A stretch of DNA of 64,000 nucleotides from Marsupella aquatica (taxonomy: Eukaryota; Plantae; Marchantiophyta). The stretch is taken from NCBI GenBank assembly GCA_973895155.1, contig OZ316899.1, forward strand, positions 6,451,241 to 6,515,240, written 5' to 3'. Numbering within the stretch: position 1 is the first letter of the stretch; each line of letters begins with the position of its first letter. The position numbers were made by a program, and so were the translations under genes. This document shows positions 38,901 through 53,000 of the stretch, piece after piece. A model generated the notes under the pieces. It did not search any database and was not told where the DNA came from. It saw nothing but the letters and a program-made list of their open reading frames with translations.

Positions 38901-40740
38901 CGTGACCATTTTTAAGGGGGGGTGCAAGTCGCGGAACTTGACTATCTTAACAATTAGCTCCGGCGTTGCTGACTCCAATGTCAAGCTCCCTTATGGTCTG
39001 GACCCGGATAGGCCATCCGGGGAGAACTTAGCATACGGGGACTTGTGGGCAATGGGAAATGGCACTGGCGAAGGCAAGGCGCCAAGCTGGTGACACATAC
39101 TAAGGACTTAGGCTAGCTGAGAGCTGGTTGGGTCAAGGGGAAATGGGCCGGACTCAAGGTCGACCGCCCGGACCCCCGGACGGACTTTGAGTTCTAAGGG
39201 CTTGAGTGAGAGCTCCTCTTGGGCCCAAGGACAATGGAGTTGACGCCATGGGCAACGAACGCTTGGGGCGCAAGTTATGGCCCGATCCGGGTTGGGCCGG
39301 TCGGGGGCCCTGAGCGGCTATGAGACCTGAGGGCCTAGGCATGAGCACCAGGTCGGCCCAATCACAACGGGCTAAGGCACTCCGCTTGCGGACGCCTAAC
39401 GAGAAAGAAATGGGCGTTGCCAGTTGATGGCGCGCCTAGTATGCGCGATAGGATCCGGGTTGGAGGCCAAATGTTTAGGGACCAAAGCTGGTCCGGGGGT
39501 GGCAGGTCTCCAGAAGCATATATGAGGGGAGTGGTGTCTCCCTGGGGGCCAAGGGCGACCCGAAGTCGTGAGCCGCGGCCGGCCGTGACAACTAAGGGAA
39601 AGCGCCAAACGGGAACGACGATATTTTCCCAACGGGAAGTCGGTTGGAGGACTTATTGGGTGCATTGGAAATCTCTCAAGGAGGGCTACGTCCTCCTGAT
39701 CTCAGCTGGATCTGGGGTGCCATGGGTTCTCAAGGTTTGTAGGTGTTAGCTTGCCCGCTTGCCAAATTCTGCCGAAACAGCAGCCAAGCCGCGTTCAATC
39801 TCCCAAGAGAGCTTGCGTTGGGGAGGCAAGGCCAAGTAGGCATGGAGGTTGAGTTCCAAGGGTGCTTGGCCCCTAGACCATCAGTGGGGCGAGAACCGGG
39901 AGTTGGTTGCTAGAGTCGGGGCCATTTGGTCCCTACGTGTTGGGACAAGCTTGAGACAAACTTTAGGACAAGCTACGCTATTTCTCGGGGTCCTCACTTC
40001 TTTTCTTCCGACCCATCACACGCAAATAAGTATAGGGTTTTTTTATTGGATTTAGTGAAATACTTTTAAATTTTTGTTGAAGAACATTAGGGTTATTTTT
40101 ATCCAATTTTGAGAATTATAAGAATCATAGGTTTTTTTAAAATCAAATTTGGGAATATTCTTGGAATATTCCATTAAGTGAAGGGTAAAAAATACTCAAA
40201 AAAACTTTATTGACTTAAGTTTTAGGGTGTTTATTCCCCTAAAACTTCGCGCGTGATATGGGACACCCCTTGGATTGAGGCCCCCGAGCGCTATTTGGGC
40301 CATGAGCATGTCCTGGGGTCAGGGCGGTCAGTTGGTGATGGATAAATAGAAGGGGGAACCCGGGCCGCGCCCAAGGAAGGAGTTGTTTTGGATGAACAGT
40401 GGGCGTGGGTTCTGGTTCCGGCTTATGGCATCGGGAGGACCTATCGCTGACCTATTTTACCAATGTCTATTGAGCTTGAGTTAGGATGCTAAACTTGGTG
40501 AGTTCTAGATCTTGAAGGGTTACTTATCGAAGTGCTTGGTTTCTTGTGCAGACAGTAAGGACTGTTGAGTAGCGGTCGTGTTGGAGAGCAGGTGCGGCTT
40601 CGTATGGGAGGGGCCGCTGGTGGTGCAAGGGGCACTAGGTTGCTTGCTCGAGGTATTCCATGGAGGCGTTCAGGCACTAGGGGCACTTAGGCGTGGGTGC
40701 TGGGATTGGTGAGGGCACTGAATGGCAAGGTCCACCACTC
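35935..40740 (+). mobile_element. Decayed chromovirus (Ty3/Gypsy): RT-RH-INT-chromodomain, PPT and 3' LTR from 38923
   Basis: [37 protein letters not shown]; chromodomain EFEVEAIMDHR...YL...GYDQTESTW; PPT AAGGGGGGG then TG at 38923. Confidence 0.92.
39984..40288. mobile_element. MITE with 13-bp TIRs and 8-bp TSD (CGCTATTT)
   Basis: CTCGGGGTCCTCA...TGAGGCCCCCGAG, with TSD at 39976-39983 and 40289-40296. The empty site is present in the solo LTR at ~4600. Confidence 0.92.
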
Positions 40741-42050
40741 GGATGAAGTGAAAACGGATATGTTTGTCCTAGCATGGAACACAGGGTTCTTAGCCAGATG
40801 CAAAGTAGTTTTTGACTATCACACAACAACACCGGTCTTTGAGGTGAAAGACCGAGGTCACTCACCAATCTCCGTAGCTAGATCACTCAGCTCCTTGGTT
40901 GCCTCAGGCAACCATGTACTAAGCCTCAGTAGTAGACAACGCAACACACGATTGAGTTACCGACTTCCAACTGATACAACCTCCATCCAACATAAACAAA
41001 TTGCCCGTAGTAGGCTTTCTGTTATCCAAGTTACCAACATAATTTGAATCTACAAAACCTTCCAACTCTAATGTAGAGTTTGCTTTACCATCAAATATAA
41101 TCCCACAATCTAAGGTACCTTTCAGATACCCCAAAACCCACTTCACTGCTTCCTAGTGAAGTTTACCAGGGTTTGCCATAAATTTGCTCAAAATGCTAAC
41201 AGCATGGGTAATGTCAGGTCTAGTGCATGTCATTGCATACATCAAACTACCCACGGCACAACATTATCATAGAGAACTTGTTTCATCACTAGTCTATCAC
41301 TCTCACTAGAAGGGCAATCATTCTTTGAGAATTTGAAGTGGAAAGCCAATGGAGTACCAACTAGTTTTGCATTCTCCATTCCATACTTGACAAGTACCTT
41401 TTCCAAATATTTCCTTTGAGACAACCATAATTGCCTTTGCTCCCTGTCATGATGAATCATGGCCCTAGAATCTTCTTGGCCTGACCCAAGTCCTTCATTG
41501 AAAACTCTTTACTCAACATTGTTTTCAGATGGGCAACATCAGACTTATTCTTAGCCAGGATCAACATGTCATCCACGTATAGTGCCAACACAATGTAAAC
41601 AATGGGTGAGAAATTATCCACCTCCTTCATATAAATACAACAATCATGTTCACTCCGCATGAACCCCTGAAACAACATGAAAGAATCAAAACGCTTATTT
41701 CACTATTTGGGACTCTGCTTCAATCCGTATAACGAGCGCAAGAGCTGACGCACCAAGTGTCTGGTCTTCTCATCAACAAAACCTAGAGGTTGAGTCATAA
41801 ATCTCCACATCAAGCAATCCATTGCAGGAAAGCAGTAATTACATCAATTTGATCTAATTCCAGATCATAGAATGCCACAGTCGCAAGTAAACCACGGATA
41901 GTAATGATTTTGACAAATGATGAGAAAATATTTGTGTAGTCCAAGCCCTCCTTTTGGGTGTACCCTTTGGCCACAAGGCATGCCTTGTAAGTGTCATCTT
42001 GCTTCTTATTGTACAATCATCTACACGGAACCAATATCTTCCCGCAAGGC
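40741..42050 (-). mobile_element. Ty1/Copia RT-RNaseH fragment, decayed
   Basis: YKACLVAKGYTQKEGLDY, LALYVDDMLI, MKDLGQAKKILG, CISWKS...VALSTTEA, VLLCDSQ. Confidence 0.92.
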
Positions 42051-43020
42051 ATGTCAGTTAAGCATCAAGTTGAATTTTTCTTCAAAGAGTTACCGATCAG
42101 TATTAGAAGTTGCTGACAACTATCCCTGTGTATCTGTGCCCATCCCTGCAACAAACGCCAACGGTTAGAAAAGTCCCCCCAGGTTTGCTTTTCAGTGGCC
42201 CAGCAGTCAACACTGGCCCTGATCCCAATTTGTTTTATTGTCTTGTAAGACCCTAAATCTATGCCCAGAGAAACATGGTTGTGTGGTAGCTCACTTTAGT
42301 AGAAATTCATAGATCTTGGGTTCAAAAGTTGTGACTGACTGATCCCTTTATGTGGGGTTTTACAAATTTCTTTTTATTTTATTTTAGAAAAGACCCTAAA
42401 TCTGCAGCCCAACAGTCTATTGAGGTCTTGTTGAGTATGTTAATATGCTTGTCGAAATAACACAATAGGCTGCCTATTGGTTTGCTGTAGAGATTTGGCT
42501 GTCCAATTGAACCTATAGGCATTTCAAAATGACTAGACATAGTTTGCCAAGTGTTGCACAGGATGTTGGCAGCTCTTTTGAGACAACAATGGAGGTACAC
42601 CATTTTATCATTATTAATTATCTCCTACTAAATGCGGGTGGATCTCAATTTGACAGTTTCATGAGCCCTACAACCAGACCCTGAACAATGTCCTGCATGA
42701 TAGTAATTTTCTCATTACTTGCCAGGGTGCAGGCAGTCTCAACACAAAGGCTTTCAGCTTCCCTGGGCTCAGTGGTCTGACCTCCTCACGGAATGACCTT
42801 TGTTTCTCTGTGGGCTGCCCAAACCAGAGGGCACTACAGGCTCCACCTCTGCAATCATTTGTGCTATTAATTTGAATAAAGAATTTCTTAGGAAGACAAT
42901 GGTGGGAGCATCGAGAGTGATTCCTCAGGAAGTTAATCGTGGACGCACTCACGGCGAGATTATGTAGATATAGTGGGTAGGAGTCTGGTAGAGGAGGCCG
43001 ATCAGATTGAGTATGTACAG

Positions 43021-43293
43021 TGTATGGAAGCTTGTTTGGTAAGATATACACTGAATCGTGGTGTTTCAGCAACTCTGGAATTGTTCAGATGAGTAATGTT
43101 CCCTATCTAGCGTAATAGTTGGAGAGAATTTAAAAGCTAAACCCAGAGTTTTTACGCCCCTGTACGTATTGATAGCCGGACGTGGGCTATGTAGACGAAT
43201 TGTATGGAACCTTGTTTGGTAGGGTGTACACTGAATCATGGTGATTCAGCACGTCAGGAACTGTTCAGATGAGTAATTCCCTATTTATAGTAA
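43021..43293. repeat. Diverged ~90-bp direct repeat
   Basis: TGTATGGAA..TTGTTTGGTA...ACACTGAATC...GTTCAGATGAGTAAT at 43021 and 43201. Confidence 0.7.
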
Positions 43294-44083
43294 GGGTTGG
43301 AGGGGATTTAAACGTTAAACCCATGCTTTCTACTCATCTACAGATTAGTAGCTACATCTGGGCTAGTCAAGTGTCGCCTAGACTTGAAGGTGCATCTATG
43401 GTGGTGTATCACTATGGTTCTACCCACACATTGTTGGGTGTGGCCCGTGCTCTACTAGTGGGTTTTACTTGTTAATAGAAGGTGCCAGATCCGAAACCAC
43501 AACTTGCATGATCACAAACAAAGTGAGTTTGAGACCTACACTTGGTCTTTTGCAGTTAGGGACTATCCAGAAAACGGATGTCATTCAAGGTTGTGCAACC
43601 CCACGACTGTCCAATTTGTTGGGACGCAATCTTCATTCTTGGTAAAATCGAGAAACAGACTCTTACAGGTCCTTTTTTGGTGTTGTCAGCATGTGATGAT
43701 CTAAGTTGCATATACATCACTTTCTCTGTCAATAAGGAAATACTTGAGAAAACCTAACTCAGTCTAAGCAAGAACAATTTCAAAGTCCCACAATCTAGCC
43801 AAATAGTTCAGAAAACCTTCTGATGCATGAATGGTATTAATTTCAGGATTTCGTCAATCACTAGAAGGAAAGGAGTTGTGATATTGGACGGAAATTTTCA
43901 CAAATGCGTACGTTATCTGCATTGTCAATAAATTACACTGACCACAATATCCATATGCAGTACAACTACTACTTTCCTCGTCTCACGATCCGCAGATAGC
44001 TCCCGGAGATCCACGCAAACCACCTGGAGGTGAACAGTATCGACATTCCTCCTCATCTGGAAGTCTGCCGGTATGAGAAACTC

Positions 44084-47000
44084 TTACACATGGAATCCCA
44101 TCCGACCAGCAAGCCTACCCTCCAGTATCCGTCTGTCAAAAGCTGCATCAATCGAATTCATCTGAAAGCGAGCAATTGGTTAACTTCTCAAAGAAACTGA
44201 TTCATCATGTTTCTCCTCTCTCAAGCAGAACGAAATCTTGAATTAAAAGGCCAAGGGTAGGGCCACTGACCTCTGACCAGAATTACTGCTAAACAGGACC
44301 AAACCTTGGCTTGCCCATTTCAATGCGTGATGCAAAACACAGGCCCAGCAGATCCTTCAAACACCTACCGAGCTTAAGAGAACCAAGATTAAACGCTTTC
44401 CATTCGGAATGAGTCAACATGCAACCCATTTAAGCTTGAGGGAAAGGGCCATTTTAGACTTGGACCTATCCCTGGCCCCGTCACACAACGAAGCTTGAGA
44501 ATAAACGAACGTACGACTCAGGCAAGGCCAAGAGCCTTCCCATTCATGTGAACATCAGAAATCCCCGCACAAAATTTGTGAATTGTTGCACTCTGCATCT
44601 ACTGAGAATAAAATAAAAGACTTATGATTGTGTTATTTTGTACGCTGAACTCTTGTGCTTACCTCCAAGTAACGATATGCTAATTTTTAGCTTACCTGCA
44701 GAGTTTCATCAAGCACCTGATACTGAGGCAAAGACAGTCTGCGCTCCTCCTGCACACATTTTGGAAATTCTAAGGCATTGAAATCTCACCATACACACGA
44801 ACAATTGCTGCTGCCAAACCTCTGGGAACATCTATTCCTCCCTAATAATACATCAACCAGCATGCCTAAATTGTACGTAATATTTGTCTATTAACGAACA
44901 ACGGATCATGATCGACAGATCAACAGAAATGAATGGATCAGTAGATACTCATACCATTGACAAAACCTCATCATCCCATACTAAGTAGACCTCATTCACC
45001 ATTGCTAGAGGATACGAAGGCTTATTTGAGATCACTGGGGGAGGACCAATTGACGGTCCACTGGTACTTGGAGCTGAAGCGTACATATGTGAAGTAAGAG
45101 CTGGTGAAGAGTTGCCAACTGCCAATAAATTATACAAATGATTAAAAATTGCCCCAGCAATGTTAGAACAGCAAGAGATATACGAGTTTGATTAGGCAGA
45201 TGCTATCTTCATTTGATTTAACTTCTGAAAATCATCGAGGGTAGAATAAAGGTATGTGTAACGTGAGTACTCTTTTTGCCACTCTTAACTACATCCTTCC
45301 GTACATACGCTACTATGAAGGAGACCTGCACTCTCATACAGTGGATAACTCCAACTTTATGGTCAGGTCGATGTACAGTATCTGGATGTCTTGTGGTATT
45401 CTGCTGCGCTGTGATGATTACAGTGAACTGTTGCTTGCTTCTGAATCCCAAATCGACGGTGATTCCTCTCAGCCCTGATGCTTTAGGTGAGGCTATGGAT
45501 GATGGCAAAATACTCTGCTTTGACAGGAGATAATACTAGGGTTATCTACTTCTAGCTCGGCAAACTAAGAGTTTGGGCATCAAACGATAAACAGAGATTC
45601 ACGAACTCGTCTTTTCCCCGTAAGCACTAACGGAGAACTTTTCCACCTCTGAACGTATCTGATATCAGATGTAGAAATACTTCGATGATATCTGGATATT
45701 GTGTCTACAACCACTCAATATGTCAGTTTTGGAGGAAGTCTATCATAGAATGATAAGCAGCAATCGCTGTAACGTCTATATGCTGTTGGGCGGTCCCTGC
45801 ACGCCTTTTAGTTCAGGTTGAAACACCTTACCATCTTTCCATACAGGGAAGGTAGAAGAGTCGAAAGATACCTGAGATTAACTAAGACGGCAAGGAACTG
45901 AGGGCAGAGAAGTTATGTGGCTCACCATGATTTGGACAGGCCTTACTACCCATTAATATTTTGAACACAGTCTTAGAAAAATATATTGAAGGAAACCACC
46001 TTTATGTTTCAAGGCTCGGGTAATCCACATTTTACTTTCCACGAAATCTTCCAAATTCAGAGTTGAGAGCAGCCATCTACAACCCTTCCTTGGACATTGA
46101 AGATCGTAGAGAAAGGAAGTCAATAAAAAAAGCATCTATTGGGAAGCTTTTGACTAACCATACCATTCACTTGTCCGGAACCACAAGCCTTGGATACTGC
46201 AAGACATCAGTCCCCGGATCACGTGTGTAATGCGTTACGAAGACTTATGGACAAAAGGATACCGTTCAGAATAAAAATCTGATGGATCAACCAAAACAAT
46301 TCTCAAGCCAGGTCCAGATACTCGATGACATTTTCGAAAGCTACACTCATGTGGCAACTGAAACTGGCATGAGAGTCACTTCAATATCAGATATCAACAA
46401 GGCTGTTTACAAGCACCGACGCAATCTTGGATGCCAACGCACTTGATGAACTACTCATGAGATCTAATTTCAAACCATAGGAAAAGATTTAACCAAGGAT
46501 GTCAGGTCTACGTTAGACTAGATGCCGTGGTAATCGCAAACATACAGAATATCTATCACTGCGCACGAAGTGCCACTCTAAGAAACTCAGAAATCTACGA
46601 AACATGTAGTTATGATGACCTTGTTAACCTTTACTTGGAGTTTACCACGATCCGAAGTGTGCTGCCAAGACATTTCCACGGATGCCTTGCCAGAATCATA
46701 AATAAACTTATAAGTTGAGATGGATTTGGTTAATCCATCGGAAGCCGACCTTTTAGGTCTTCCTGGATCTTAAGAAGTAGGAATCTGGTACTAAATCTTA
46801 CAGTCTGGCTATGAACGTAAGATATTTCAGAGTAAACTCGAGATTGTATTAGCTTTGGGACTCATGTTCAGTGATGAATCTAGTAAATTGCGTCAGAAGC
46901 GCGTTAACTGGCCAGAATGAAAGTAGCCCAGCTGCACTAAACACAACACACCCTCCTCCTGAAATCATTTGACTCTCCAAGGACGTCCTTCCATAGACAT

Positions 47001-50000
47001 TGCAAAAAAGCTCAACTAAGGAAGCATGCTACGAAAGTAACAATACTATCCTTTATGGTTGTCGGCTCTCGGCCTTTAAAGGAGATTAGAAACCTTCATG
47101 ACCGATATAACTATACGAGTTGGCAGCGCAAATCATCTGTCACGTCATTGCGGGCTTTGCAGAAGGCAGGCCGCACCTTGCTCTCGATGTATCTGCATTA
47201 CATCTATGGGCCGAACCTCATGCCCTGGTAAGATGGAACTGGGACAAGCGATAGCATTAGGAGCTACACAGATGGAAGCCCACCTCTGTAGTTAAAGACC
47301 AACCCGAAACAGGTTTAGTGCAGGCTTTCTAGTGTTTTCTTCAGTAACCCTCAGCATAAAACAGCAAGGAAACCCAATAAATTTTACGGATCCCTGCTGC
47401 AGCTTTTTGAATCAATTTCAGGCTGTCAAACTCCAAGAACTTCTTCAGCACTTACTCTGCGACTGTTCCAGTATCTTATCTCCTCTGCGTCAAATACATT
47501 GCCTGAACCTGAGCAAGCAGAGTTCTTTAGGTAGATAAAAGTGTGCTGTCAACGATTACAGAGTGGATCAAGGCTTCAAGTACACTAGGACCGCTGCCGT
47601 AATGAACAATAAGGTTTCTTGAGGTTGTCCGTATCCTTACGTTGCTCCTGAAGGGAAATACGTCCTGTGAAGTTCTAACTCTAGAGTTCTGACACTATGA
47701 ATACTAAATCTTCTCAAAACATCTCACCCAGTCCCACCCAGTCTTTTCTCTGCCCTTCCAGAGTTCCTGTTCCATTACGTTTTCATCGCAATCATAGATT
47801 TATGACAGCACATACAATAGATGACAAATATTAGAAACTAGACAGCACATACAGTAGAATCGACTCACAGCTCACTCCCAGAAGTGCCATCACAAATAAA
47901 GCCAAGGGGGCAACCTCTTCACAGGTAGGGTTGAACCGAAAGCCACAGCTTTGAGAACGTTATCAAGAGGAAGGGACATCCCCTGCAAGCAGCACTCCTG
48001 CGGATGGTTTACCAACCACAGCATGTTTGACGCTATCAACTAATCAAAATGACGCAGGGTGCGACTTTCCTGCCCTCTCCAACGAAATTTTAGGCATCTC
48101 CAAAGAGATTTTGGGCATCCAGAGACTATTGGAGGAAACTCCTATGGTTCTTTACAGTGCAAAATTGCAATCATGTTGCGGCCTGTTGCTAGCCTATACA
48201 ACGATTTTTGCTGGATTGGGTGTACTCAGAATGATATCAGTTGTCGAATGGACAAGACCAAAAAGCTAGTCTACAAACCCGCGCTTCACAAACCATTTTC
48301 ACGTAGAGAACAGCACTGTCATTGCACATAGAGATCTCCCCTCTGAGGACCTGGCACAAAACTGGTCAAAATGCGAATCAACAGGTATGAAGGTTCATTT
48401 CTCTGGGACAACCTGAAATCTGCGAAGATCTCTGTACAAATATCTTTGTCTGCATTAGAGTGCCATTGATGGAGAAGTGCTAATCGTGCAAGCCATAAAT
48501 CGAGTCATCCTCCTATGTAGTCTGCCTGCTGAAAAGCCAAGTAGTGTTCAAGAATCCCAACGTCAAAACCTAAGCGTCACACCGGCCTGCTATCTCCTAG
48601 TGATTGCCACGGTTTGTTGTCTCACCTTCTCGAAACTCCAAGCTGGAAGCAACACTACCTCGCACGCCTTGTCTAAGCTGTGCCCATTCATCAGGAAGAA
48701 TAATTCCTCGAGCAGGGGCAGGTCTTAAGATATTGCTTCTTCCGACTGTGAAGTGTAACAATCTGCATCTAATTTCTCTTCCTGCTTCTACACAATTCAG
48801 TCACATTCTTGACTTTTTTGTTCGTCCAAAATGGTGCCAGTTTATGTAACCTGGAAATTTGATGACACGAGAACCTTCACACTACACTTCTTGGTAGTAT
48901 CAACCTGGATTTTAACATGGAAGGATTTCTCCAGATTTTAGAGATGGCCCACCACGAAGTTCTCACATGCCTCTTTGTTGCCAGACAGAGGTGTGGCAAT
49001 TCTCGACAAAACTCCAAGTCTCAAATGCATCTCCTTGTCTCAGTCTTCAAGGTACTGCTTCCGGCTCAGAATTAAAAGACCTTCCCTGCAATCCCTCTGT
49101 CGTATTACTACTTTAGGTCTCACCCATCACTATTGAACTGAAGGATCTTCACAAGAACACTCTTTTGCCAGTTCGGCTTCCTGTCCAGAGCATTCCTTTG
49201 TTATCACAAGCGGTTCAATACGGTTGTCTCCCACTTGCAGTTGGTGTCCTATGAAGGTTTCGTTTTTGTGGAGCAAGGCAGATTGAAAAGGCAACACCAA
49301 CCAGAACCTTGAGCTTGGAAGGATCTGACTGATAACACCCCAGTAACTCCCATATTCGACGGGAGTCTAGGGGCAACACAAGACGGTACAAAGCCGGATC
49401 TGTGGGATCACGGTCCTTTCACGGTTAGCTTCCGAAAATTCCAGCTCGAAGCCTGCGCAGTTACCAGAGGTACAGTCCCTCATGCTTGCGACAAGCATTA
49501 CATAGGAAATTGGTGGGAGGGTGTGTATTACCGATCTTTGGACCAGAGTCGGCGAGATCAGTTGATGTGGGTCACGGCGAACTGGAAGATTTATGATTAC
49601 TGCTATGACAGCAACCGCTACGTGCCCATGCCATTAGAATGCGAGTACAACGTTCCTTGGGTATAGTAGACAGCGGAAACCGCCAGAGTCGCTACCCGTT
49701 GGCTTCAACGGATTAAGTTTTCATGGATTTCAGTAGCAAAGCTGGACAGTGGCATAGGAAATTTAGAGGGGAGCGAACGTGAGTGTAAATTTGGGTAAAG
49801 AGCTCCACTGAGGGGCCGTTGTTGACACCTCGGTGCTGAAACGTGTGCGAATATGGGGATCAGATGGAACCTGTGCCCATATCAGCTTTCACAGTCCGAT
49901 CCCATACACACTGGCTGAGAACTGGTAGAAATCAGCATTCTAAACAAGCAAGCCGGCTGCCAATTGATCGGATGTACATAAATTTCGACTTCAAGATGTT

Positions 50001-53000
50001 CGGTTACTTGAGAGGCGACAGATGGCCGCACCCAAACTGAATGAGTGAACTCCAAGACTAGTATATGGAATTATGGACTGGTTTTTCCATCAGTTATGCC
50101 AAAGGTGTCATGTCTTTCCGGTAGAGTACGGGATCTCATGCTCCCATTGACTCATTATCCCTACTGCATTGGTCTCCAACACTGGTATACGACTTTAGAT
50201 GGGTAGTGTCATGAGCTCAGAATAGTGGTTACCGCCACAGCAAACCTAAATGCCATTAGTCTAGACACAAGCACCCTCAAGGTAGAGTACATAAAAGACC
50301 TTTGTCAGAAATATGGCAGCCACAGAATACTCCGCATGCATGCAATGGAATTCCAGGATATTCACGAGTACGAAGTCAATTTTGCCACACTGACCTCAAA
50401 ATCTCGACAAGAATTGAAGACAGGTTTTGCAATAAAGCCAAGGCAAAAACAGCCAACCCATGGCCGGGTAAGTAGGACCACGTCACAAGGTACTTGAAAG
50501 AAGCACAACAGAAATGTTCTAGTTGATGAACGTTGTTGTTCCTATCCTAAATTCCGCAAGAACTTCATCTGCAGTGGTAAAGAATATCATCCCTAACATC
50601 TCAGAAGAAGGGAACCACATCAGGCTCTCCACCAATTGCACTGTCCTATCTCTTTAAACAGTGGTGAAGCAATGCCGAGCGCGCGCACTACGTGCCTCTA
50701 GTCTTTCGGCTTGACGATTTCAGGGTTATCTCTTCCCTTCCGTCCCCGAGTCCGGTTTCACCAATGAAAGAGGTACGTGAGTTGGGTTTACAAAGTCACG
50801 ATACAGTTCGGTTCCTATATACCTATACCGTTTTAGAGAGAACTGCGGGAAGCCGACCCTAGTACACAGGCAACTGGAGGCCAGGGAGACGAGGAATTCA
50901 AAGAGAACAGATGTTATGTCGGAACTATGACCTAGGTATATTGGGCAATAAGAATCGCTTCCAGTTCACCTAATGGGAACATTAATTCATAAGTATCTTC
51001 CTGTTTACCGAGGTTCCCATGTCTGTACTGCAAAGCATTTCTTCTAGAAATCTGGCTAATGAAGAAAGATTCCTTCCAAAAACTGATGAAGAGATCGAGC
51101 AAACCTTTTGCATACGTATCCAAAATTTACAAGCTGAAAATTTGTTTGACCCCTACCGCGTTCTCGCTTGAATGATGATGGAGTTCCAAAGGAACCACAA
51201 GAGACATTAGACGCCACAACTTATAATGCAATACAAAGCAGGTGCTCATTGCTGACCACTATGTCTGGTTTTTGAAATTTGACTCGTGAAACTTGTCGTA
51301 CAGTGGTTGTCCAAGACCAATAAAGTCCCTCTCCCTTTGTCAATGCTAAGATACTCTGAATTAATGTCTGCCGAATTATGAACTACCTCGGTTCCTAAGT
51401 CTTGCTCGTTGAAAACAGAGAAATGCAACGATTCCCACGGTCAATCTAGGAAGAAAAGCCGTGGCTTGGTTCCAGCTATTAGGAAATGTATGACTAGGAT
51501 ATGTATCTCTAGTGGGGAAAGTTCAAATCCTACACGAAACACTTTTAGCAGTGCTATAATCCATTAACTGGAGCAGATTGGTGATGAAGTTTCTGCACAA
51601 TTTCCTCCCAGAGCCATGCAAAACAACAGTGAATGCATGCCATCCAAGGTCACTTGGATCCCAAGGTGTCCTACGAAGACAAACATCGAGCTTTCCTTGC
51701 ACTAACTTCCCCGCTAATTCATAAGTGCCTCACTCTTCGCCTAGTTTCTCTTCTCCTGAAGAAACTTTGTCATCCATATCAAAAAGCTGTATGACAATTG
51801 CCTCTAAAACACATCAACCACTACTTCACATTTCTGCTGTGATACCTCTGATACTACCATCCTAACATCACAGGTAAGTCTCAGTACAAAAACTTCGCTG
51901 ATCAACATCCTGACCCCAAGGGAATTTTTTTCTTCGCGTTCCAAGTCGACACCTACCAGTAGATACTGATCAAGACTATGCCATCCTGGCAGTGCCGATC
52001 TTAACATGAAGACTGAATATACGCCAACCCAAATCATCAAAGAGCCAACGCATATGACAACCTATTCTGCTTAGATTTAAGATGAGTGCAATTTTCGGTA
52101 TCAATTACCTTTTAGTAATTGTCCACTACGTTTCGCCACCAGTTAGTCGAAGTGGAGCGAAGATTAAGTTACCCACCTCAAATGAACGATCAAAGAGCCG
52201 ATAGGACGGAGTACAGAAAGGAAACAGGTGTTCAGTTTGAAAAAGTAAAAATTTGACGAATCCATAACCTTCGAGGATCAACTTTCTAGCAACAGCCAAC
52301 GAAGCAACCCAAGCCTATAAGCCTCTAGAACATTGAGTACAGCTGGTTCTTGGGATCAAACCCTAGGTTCAGAATTGGCCCGCTGATCTCGCATATAAAG
52401 TCGTTGTGCATGCTGGCTCAAAAATAACATGATCAGACAGTTCGACTGTGCAGTACCTTAACCTTCTCCTAGGGTAGTACTTTTCGCACCGCCTTACCTT
52501 AACTTACTGTACTTCCTGCCTCTTGTCCCAATTGGGGATCTGTGAACATTGAGTCAAAACAATTCAATTCTTCTCGAATTCAGACCCCTAACAAACTCCT
52601 TCAAAAGTCAAACTACTCAGCCTCTTGCTACACATCAAGGGCAGTATTTGTAGATTACCTGCATATGGTATGAAAGATCTCCCCATTGATGCCGGTGATA
52701 ACCGACGAGTCTTTCCCTCATCTAAAGGGTTTTTCGCAATAAATCCATCCAAAACATCTCCAGGACCATTTGAGAATGTACCAGGATAGTGGGAGCAATC
52801 AAGTAACGGTAATGTCCCAGAAGGAGGGCCACTAGAAGGACGTTTTACAGAAACGGGTTGAGTTGGGGGGGAAGAAGGGACCGCTGGTGGTTGGATTGGA
52901 AACAAGGGCTGCGCCGATGTCGAAGAGGGTTCTGGAGAGATAGCTGGTAGTTGTGGAGAACTTATTGGGAATAAAGGTTGTGTAGAAGATACAGGCCGAG

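Noticed and set aside
45276-45533. [13 protein letters not shown] resembles a fimbrin calponin-homology motif
   Set aside because: Too short, with no supporting flanking motifs.
49880-49910. WDRTVK on the minus strand, WD40-like
   Set aside because: A six-residue match with no repeat context.
51515-51535. GTTCAAATCC tRNA T-loop-like motif
   Set aside because: No cloverleaf stems can be formed around it.
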